Made by a program: the position numbers and the translations under genes. The notes beneath the pieces were generated by a model, which was given only the letters and a program-made list of their open reading frames with translations, was not told the origin of the DNA and made no database searches. 64,000 nt of DNA from Betaproteobacteria bacterium (GTDB lineage Bacteria > Pseudomonadota > Gammaproteobacteria > Burkholderiales > SHXO01): contig JANXRW010000053.1 of NCBI GenBank assembly GCA_025356655.1, forward strand, positions 5,518-69,517, written 5' to 3'. Of the stretch, positions 1-5,872 are shown one piece after another; position 1 is the stretch's first letter; each line of letters starts with the position of its first letter.

Positions 1-180
1 AGCCTGACTGAAGACAGCGATCTCTACGAGGCAGGGCTCACGTCGCTTACTACGGTGAACCTGATGCTTGCGCTGGAAGACAAATTCGACATCGAGTTTC
101 AAGATGCCATGCTCGGTCGCAAACTCTTCGCGACCATTCGCTCCCTGTCCGAGGCGCTGGAGACATTGGTCCATGAATGA
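1..180 (+). CDS. Acyl/peptidyl carrier protein, C-terminal part (5' end lies outside the window)
   Basis: Frame-1 translation reads SLTEDSDLYEAGLTSLTTVNLMLALEDKFDIEFQDAMLGRKLFATIRSLSEALETLVHE-stop. This has a carrier-protein helix-II pattern, with a candidate phosphopantetheinyl Ser in GLTSL. The stop (178-180) overlaps the next gene's start region (ATGAATGA). Confidence 0.75.
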   Translation, partial: SLTEDSDLYEAGLTSLTTVNLMLALEDKFDIEFQDAMLGRKLFATIRSLSEALETLVHE

Positions 181-1384
181 TGCCGTCGAACGCTTAGCGG
201 CCGCGCCTGCAGCCGACGCGCCCCGTCTGGACCTGGACGCGCTGCTGGCGAAGGTGCATGCCATCGGGCGCGAGGTGATTGCACCCAACGCGGACGCCGT
301 CGACCGCGACGGGCGCTTCCCCGAGGAGGCGATTGCGGCCCTAAAATCCGCCCAGCTGCTCAGTTCCTACGTGCCATTGAGCCTCGGCGGGATGGGTCTC
401 ACCATCACCGAGATGTCGCGGGTCTGCGAGGCGCTAGGCCAGTACTGCGCATCCACGGCCATGGTCTTCGCCATGCACCAGATTCAGGTTGCGTGCATCG
501 TTCATCATGCGCTGGGGAGCGCTTTTTTCCAGGGGTTCGTGGCCGAGTTGGTGGCAAACCAGTACCTGCTGGCGTCCGCCACCACCGAATTGGGGATTGG
601 CGGTGATGTGCGCTCCAGCATCTGCGCGGTGAAGGTCGAGGGCGAGCGCTTTACCCTCGAGAAGCAAGCGCCGGTTATTTCCTACGGCGAAATGGCCGAT
701 GCGATTCTCGTCACGGCCCGGCGCGCCGAGGACGCGGGGCGCAACGATCAAGTGCACGTGCTGGTCCGAAGGGCCGATTGCACGCTCAAGCGCATCAGCG
801 ATTGGGATACCCTGGGATTCCGGGGCACCTGCAGCCCCGGCTTCGTGCTCACGGCCACCGGAGCCGCCGAACAGATCCTGCCCGTGTCCTACGCCGAGAT
901 TCACGGCAGGACCATGCATCCCTACGCGCACATCGTCTGGAGTTCCCTGTGGCTGGGCCTAGCCACCGACGCGCTGAACCGCGCCCGTGCCACCGTGCGC
1001 GCGGAAGCCCGCAAGACGCCCGGCACCTTACCGATCTCCGCCACCCGCTTAGCCGAGGCCGACATGGTGCATTTCTCCATGCGCGGCGGGATCATTCAGA
1101 CCACCGCCGAGTACCAGCGAATGCTCCAGGAGAATGACCCCGGCACATCATCCAACTACGGGTTTTCGATCCGGGTCAATAACCTCAAAATCGTCAGCTC
1201 CCAGTTGGTGATCGACATCGTGGGGCGGGCAATGATCATTTGTGGGATTGCCGGCTACCGCAACGATTCCAAATCCAGCCTGGGCCGCCACCTGCGAGAC
1301 GCCTACGGGGCCAGCCTGATGGTCAACAACGACCGTATCCTGGGCCAAAGCGCCCTGATGCAAGTTGCCAACCGGGAAGGCTAG
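173..1384 (+). CDS. Acyl-CoA dehydrogenase-fold flavoprotein (probably acts on an acyl/aminoacyl-carrier-protein thioester)
   Basis: ORF 68..1384 was trimmed to the in-frame ATG at 173 (MNDAVERLAAAP...), which overlaps the carrier-protein stop by 8 nt. ACAD-like segments seen by eye: GGMGLTITEMSRVCEALGQYCASTAMVFAMHQ, WDTLGFRGTCSPGFVL, LRDAYGASLMVNNDRI. Confidence 0.85.
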   Translation: MNDAVERLAAAPAADAPRLDLDALLAKVHAIGREVIAPNADAVDRDGRFPEEAIAALKSAQLLSSYVPLSLGGMGLTITEMSRVCEALGQYCASTAMVFAMHQIQVACIVHHALGSAFFQGFVAELVANQYLLASATTELGIGGDVRSSICAVKVEGERFTLEKQAPVISYGEMADAILVTARRAEDAGRNDQVHVLVRRADCTLKRISDWDTLGFRGTCSPGFVLTATGAAEQILPVSYAEIHGRTMHPYAHIVWSSLWLGLATDALNRARATVRAEARKTPGTLPISATRLAEADMVHFSMRGGIIQTTAEYQRMLQENDPGTSSNYGFSIRVNNLKIVSSQLVIDIVGRAMIICGIAGYRNDSKSSLGRHLRDAYGASLMVNNDRILGQSALMQVANREG

Positions 1385-1386
1385 CC

Positions 1387-2310
1387 ATGTGCGACAAACA
1401 CAGCGATGATATCTACTCGGCCTACCGTGACGAACTCATCGCCGCCGGCCTGCTCATCCCCCTGGGTGTTGGTGGCCTCTATGGCCGTAGCGGGACCTTC
1501 GAGCACATCGTCGATCAGTTTGAGTACCTCATCACCCGCAGGGGCGCCTACCAGAAACCTGAGGTCATGCGCTTCCCCCCGATGTTCAGCCGCACACACT
1601 ACGAGGCGACGGGGCATCTGAAGAACTTCCCCGACCTCATCGGCTCCATCCACAGCTTTGAGGGCAACGAACGCGACCACCGCGACATGATGGCTAGCTT
1701 CGAGGGCGAACGGGGCTGGACCTCCCACCTGGTTGCCAGCGACATGATGCTCGTGCCCGCCGCCTGCTATCCACTCTACCCAACAGCGACCGGGACGCTA
1801 CCCCAGGGCGGGCGCTGCGTCGACCTGAAAACCTTCGTCTTTCGGCACGAGCCTTCCCCTGACCCGGCGCGCATGCAGATCTTCCGCCAGCGCGAATACG
1901 TCCGATTGGGTAGTGCCGACGAGGCCTTCGCCCACCGCAACACGTGGCTCGAAACGGGCAAGGAAATGCTCGAGGCGGTCGGTTTGGACGTGGCTGCCGT
2001 CGTGGCCAACGACCCGTTCTTCGGCCGCGGCGGCAAGGTCATGAAGGCCACCCAAGTCGAGCAGGTTCTGAAATACGAGTTGGTCGTCCCCATCTGCTCC
2101 ACAGAAAAGCCCACGGCGGTCAGTTCCTGCAACTACCACCTGGACCATTTCGGGCACGCGTTCGGCATCCTCACCGCGGATGGACAACCCGCGCACAGCG
2201 CCTGCATCGGCTTCGGCCTGGAGCGAATCACTTTGGCTCTCCTTAAAAAGCACGGTTTTCGGCTTGAGACCTGGCCCCGGGAAGTGCGCCAAGTGCTGGA
2301 GATGGCCTGA
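1387..2310 (+). CDS. Amino acid--[acyl-carrier-protein] ligase (truncated SerRS-like class II aaRS homologue)
   Basis: ORF 1240..2310 was trimmed to the ATG at 1387 (MCDKHSDDIYSAYRDELIAAGLL), 2 nt after the upstream stop; the product is 307 aa. It has a class II motif 2-like FVFRHEPSPDPARMQIFRQREYV and a motif 3-like GFGLERITLALL. There is no N-terminal coiled-coil tRNA-binding arm. Confidence 0.8.
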   Translation: MCDKHSDDIYSAYRDELIAAGLLIPLGVGGLYGRSGTFEHIVDQFEYLITRRGAYQKPEVMRFPPMFSRTHYEATGHLKNFPDLIGSIHSFEGNERDHRDMMASFEGERGWTSHLVASDMMLVPAACYPLYPTATGTLPQGGRCVDLKTFVFRHEPSPDPARMQIFRQREYVRLGSADEAFAHRNTWLETGKEMLEAVGLDVAAVVANDPFFGRGGKVMKATQVEQVLKYELVVPICSTEKPTAVSSCNYHLDHFGHAFGILTADGQPAHSACIGFGLERITLALLKKHGFRLETWPREVRQVLEMA

Positions 2311-2336
2311 TCCATGCTCCGGACGCCTCCTCGGCT

Positions 2337-3323
2337 GTGTCGCGCACGCGCATGAGATCCATCGCCCCACTCGACCCGGCCACCTACCGCCCCCATCGCA
2401 TCCACGGTGAGGGAAGGGCCTGGGCGCAGACCAACTGCTACACGGACGTGATCATCGAGATGCTGCACGGGTTGGGCTACGAACCCGTGGCCGCCCTACC
2501 CTTCACGCTCACGATCGATTTCGAGGGCGACCAGTGGACGTTTTTCAAGTTTCCGGACGCTGACCTCTGGGAGCTCTACGGGCTGGACATCCAGGAACTA
2601 GCCGTCTGGCGCCCGCTGGTGGATCACATCACCGAGCAGCTTAACGCCGGGCGGCCTGTCCTCGTGGAGTTGGACTCGCATTTCCTGCCGGACACCGCGG
2701 GCACGGCCTATCGCATCGCGCACGTCAAATCCACCGTGTGCGTTAATGAGATCGACGTGCAGCGTCAACACTTGGGCTACTTCCACAACCAGAGCTATTT
2801 CAACCTTCAGGGCGAAGACTTCCGGGACCTGTTCCAACTCGACGGCCCCGTGCACGAGCGGATGCTGCCGCCCTACATCGAATACGTGAAGCTTCCCCCT
2901 GCCGGCCCGGTTGCGCGACCGGATCTGGTGGAAGCCTCGCTCGCGGTGCTCGGCAAACACCTGCGCCGGATCCCGGCCGAAAACCCCTTCCCACGCTTCC
3001 GGGCCCGCTTCGCCGCAGATCTGGAATGGCTCATGGGGGCAGACATGGAAACCTTTCATGCCTACTCCTTCGCCACGCTGCGGCAGTACGGTGCCTGTTA
3101 CGAGCTCACCGATACCTATCTGCGTTGGCTGGAGGAACGCGGCCACGCCGGCCTTGCCGCGTGCGCGCAACCCTTCCGCCAAATCACAGAAACGGCCAAG
3201 GTCTTCCAGTTCCAACTCGCACGCGCCATGGCGCGCAGGAAGCCACTCGACCTCTCGCCACTCGAGGTCATGGCAGTGTGCTGGGAAGACGGCATGGAAC
3301 AGTTGCAAAAGCGCTTCGGCTGA
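2337..3323 (+). CDS. DUF1839-like uncharacterised protein
   Basis: The 328-aa ORF starts at GTG 2337 or ATG 2352. The N-terminal signature YRPHRIHGEGRAWAQTNCYTDVIIEMLHGLGYEP is one I recognise as DUF1839-like (from memory, unverified). The stop TGA (3321-3323) shares one base with the next ATG (TGATG). Confidence 0.7.
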   Translation: MSRTRMRSIAPLDPATYRPHRIHGEGRAWAQTNCYTDVIIEMLHGLGYEPVAALPFTLTIDFEGDQWTFFKFPDADLWELYGLDIQELAVWRPLVDHITEQLNAGRPVLVELDSHFLPDTAGTAYRIAHVKSTVCVNEIDVQRQHLGYFHNQSYFNLQGEDFRDLFQLDGPVHERMLPPYIEYVKLPPAGPVARPDLVEASLAVLGKHLRRIPAENPFPRFRARFAADLEWLMGADMETFHAYSFATLRQYGACYELTDTYLRWLEERGHAGLAACAQPFRQITETAKVFQFQLARAMARRKPLDLSPLEVMAVCWEDGMEQLQKRFG

Positions 3324-5863
3324 TGCCCGCCGTGATCGACCCGCCGGAGGGCGTTGACAAACAAGGCGGACCAGTAACCCTCGCCGTGGCGCCCTGGGAG
3401 CTGACCGACACGCCCGCCGGCGCCTGCCCCTCCCCCGACGCACTCGATGTCCTGCCCTTGCGCTGGCGAGCCACATCCGTTCCCGGCACGGTGGCTGGAA
3501 CCGTGTGGCAGGCGGCGGGCCCGACCCTCGATTACGATGCCTACGACTGGTGGTACCGGACCTCGTTCCTCGCCCCCGTCGAGACCGCGCGCGTGTGGCT
3601 GCGCTTGGACGGATTGGCCACCGTCGCACAGGTTTGGCTCAACGGCGGCAAAATTCTCGACGCGTGCAATATGTTCGTCGGTCACCGCATCGATATCACC
3701 GCGACGCTGCGCCCACAAAATCAGCTCTTTATCGCTTTCCGCGCCCTGCTCCCTGCCCTGCAGGCCCGCCGCGGCCGGCCACGCTGGCGGACAGCGCTGG
3801 TGGACCATCAGAACCTGCGGTGGTTTCGCACGACGCTGCTCGGACGAATTCCAGCCTGGACGGCTCCGCTCGCCCCGGTGGGCCCCTGGCGAGCGGTGGC
3901 GGTGGAACTCGCCCAGGTTGTAGAACTCACCGAACTCAACCTTCAGACCCGCGTAGCGGCTGGCTGTCCACACCTGCGGCTGCGCTGCTTCGCCACTACC
4001 ACAGGCAACGGCCAGATCCGTGCCGCGCGGTTGCGGCTGGGGGGCGAGATCCACGAACTGGCGATGGAGGCCGCAGATGGGGGCGGGATCGCACTGGCGG
4101 TGGACCTGACGCTTCCGGCGCTTCCCCTGTGGTGGCCCCACACCCATGGCACCCCAGCCAGGGTCTCCTGCGCCGTGGAGTTGGAGGTTGCCGGGACTTG
4201 GGTCTCCCGATCGCTCGGCCGCGTGGGCTTCAAACAGCTCGACGTGGAACAAGACGGCGGCAGCCTGCGCCTGCGCATCAATGACAGCGACGTGTTTTGC
4301 CGGGGCGCCTGCTGGACGCCGCTGGACGTCACCTCGCTACAGGCCTCCCGCGCCCAGCTTCGCCTTGCCCTGACGCAGGCGCGTGACTGCGGCGTCAACA
4401 TGCTGCGCGTCGTGGGCACCATGGTGTATGAGTGCGATCACTTCTACGAACTCTGCGACGAACTAGGGATCCTGGTGTGGCAGGATTTCATGTTCGCCAA
4501 TATGGATTATCCGCTCACCGACGAGGCTTTCCGGGCGGAGGCCGACGCCGAGGTGCGATTCCAACTCGTCCGCCTGCAGCGCTATGCCTGCATCGCCGCC
4601 TACTGCGGAGGGAGCGAAGTGGCTCAGCAGGCAGCTATGGTCGGGCTACCTGCGAGCGAATGGACCAACGAGTTCTTCTCCACCACGGTGGCGCAGCACT
4701 GCCGCGAGTTGCATCCGGCGACCGCCTACTTCCCCTCGACACCCTGGGGTGGGGCGCTACCCTTCCACGTGGGCACGGGCCTGTCTCATTACTACGGCGT
4801 GGGTGCCTACCGGCGGCCCTTGACTGACGCGCGCACGGCGAAGGTCCGCTTCACCACCGAATGCCTGGGATTCTCCAACGTCCCGGACGCGCAGTTCATT
4901 GCGCGGATGTTCCCTGGCCGCACGCCGGCGCCCCACGATCCGCGTTGGAAAGCGCGCGTGCCGCGCGATGCCGCGGCCGGTTGGGACTTCGAGGACATCC
5001 GCGATCACTATCTTGGCCTGCTCTTCAAGGTCGACCCCATTGCCCTACGCAGCGTCGATCCGATCCGCTACTACGCGTTGTCCCGAGTGGTCACCGGGGA
5101 GGTGATGCAATCTGTCTTCTCGCAGTGGCGAGACCCCGCGAGTGGCTGTGCCGGCGGCCTAGTATGGTTCCTGCGCGATCTGCAGCCGGGGGCGGGCTGG
5201 GGCATCCTGGACAGCACGGGCGGCGCGAAAGCGGCCTGCTGGTATCTCAAGCGTGCTTGGGCACCCCAGACCGTTCGCCTCACTGATGAAGGCCTCGACG
5301 GGCTTAGGATCCACGTTATCAACGACCGCGCAGCGCCCCTGGAAGCGGAACTCCAACTGGAGATGTTCCAATCCGGCCGGGTTCGCACTGCGTCGGCGCG
5401 CACCGCGGTCCATGTCCCGCCGCGTTCCAGCGTGACGCTCCAGGGCGACACACTCCTGGGCTACTTTTCCGACAGCACCTGCGCCTACGGTTTCGGCCCG
5501 CCCAAGCACGACGTTGTGGCGGTGCGTCTGGTGCGCCCTGCGGACCGCCTGCTGCTCGGCGAGGACTTCTACTTCCCCGGTGGCCTCGGGTTGCCCACCC
5601 AGCGCCCGGAGGGGGTGAGTTGCGAGGCCCAGTGGACAGCAGAGGGCAAGGTTGCCGTCACGCTGCGCTCGGACGTGTTCCTACAGGCCGTCAACGTGGA
5701 TTCGCCCGACGCAAGCGCAGACGACAACTACTTTCACGTGACGCCCGGGCACGACAAGCAGTTGCTCTTCACGCTATCCGACGCGGCATCCACCTCCTTC
5801 AAGGCCGACTTCGAGGCACTCAACCTGAGCGTCTCGCTGGCCGTTCGGCTCCAAAGGAAGTAG
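3323..5863 (+). CDS. Glycoside hydrolase family 2 protein, beta-mannosidase-like, cytoplasmic
   Basis: ORF 3026..5863 was trimmed to the ATG at 3323 (MPAVIDPPEGV...). GH2/beta-mannosidase-like segments are LWWPHTHG and NMLRVVGTMVYECDHFYELCDELGILVWQDFMFANMDYP. The candidate acid/base Glu is in YCGGSEV and the candidate nucleophile Glu in FTTECLGFSNVP. No signal peptide is present. Confidence 0.85.
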   Translation: MPAVIDPPEGVDKQGGPVTLAVAPWELTDTPAGACPSPDALDVLPLRWRATSVPGTVAGTVWQAAGPTLDYDAYDWWYRTSFLAPVETARVWLRLDGLATVAQVWLNGGKILDACNMFVGHRIDITATLRPQNQLFIAFRALLPALQARRGRPRWRTALVDHQNLRWFRTTLLGRIPAWTAPLAPVGPWRAVAVELAQVVELTELNLQTRVAAGCPHLRLRCFATTTGNGQIRAARLRLGGEIHELAMEAADGGGIALAVDLTLPALPLWWPHTHGTPARVSCAVELEVAGTWVSRSLGRVGFKQLDVEQDGGSLRLRINDSDVFCRGACWTPLDVTSLQASRAQLRLALTQARDCGVNMLRVVGTMVYECDHFYELCDELGILVWQDFMFANMDYPLTDEAFRAEADAEVRFQLVRLQRYACIAAYCGGSEVAQQAAMVGLPASEWTNEFFSTTVAQHCRELHPATAYFPSTPWGGALPFHVGTGLSHYYGVGAYRRPLTDARTAKVRFTTECLGFSNVPDAQFIARMFPGRTPAPHDPRWKARVPRDAAAGWDFEDIRDHYLGLLFKVDPIALRSVDPIRYYALSRVVTGEVMQSVFSQWRDPASGCAGGLVWFLRDLQPGAGWGILDSTGGAKAACWYLKRAWAPQTVRLTDEGLDGLRIHVINDRAAPLEAELQLEMFQSGRVRTASARTAVHVPPRSSVTLQGDTLLGYFSDSTCAYGFGPPKHDVVAVRLVRPADRLLLGEDFYFPGGLGLPTQRPEGVSCEAQWTAEGKVAVTLRSDVFLQAVNVDSPDASADDNYFHVTPGHDKQLLFTLSDAASTSFKADFEALNLSVSLAVRLQRK

Positions 5864-5872
5864 AACACGCCC

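Noticed and set aside
3026-3322. N-terminal extensions of track ORFs: 3026 for the GH2, 35470 for DUF1800, 19193 for the SDR, 58307 for prpD, 7842 for hflX and 1240 for the ligase.
   Set aside because: The extensions overlap upstream genes or have nonsense-like composition. Internal ATG/GTG codons with better spacing, SD-like sequences and homologous N-termini were chosen instead.
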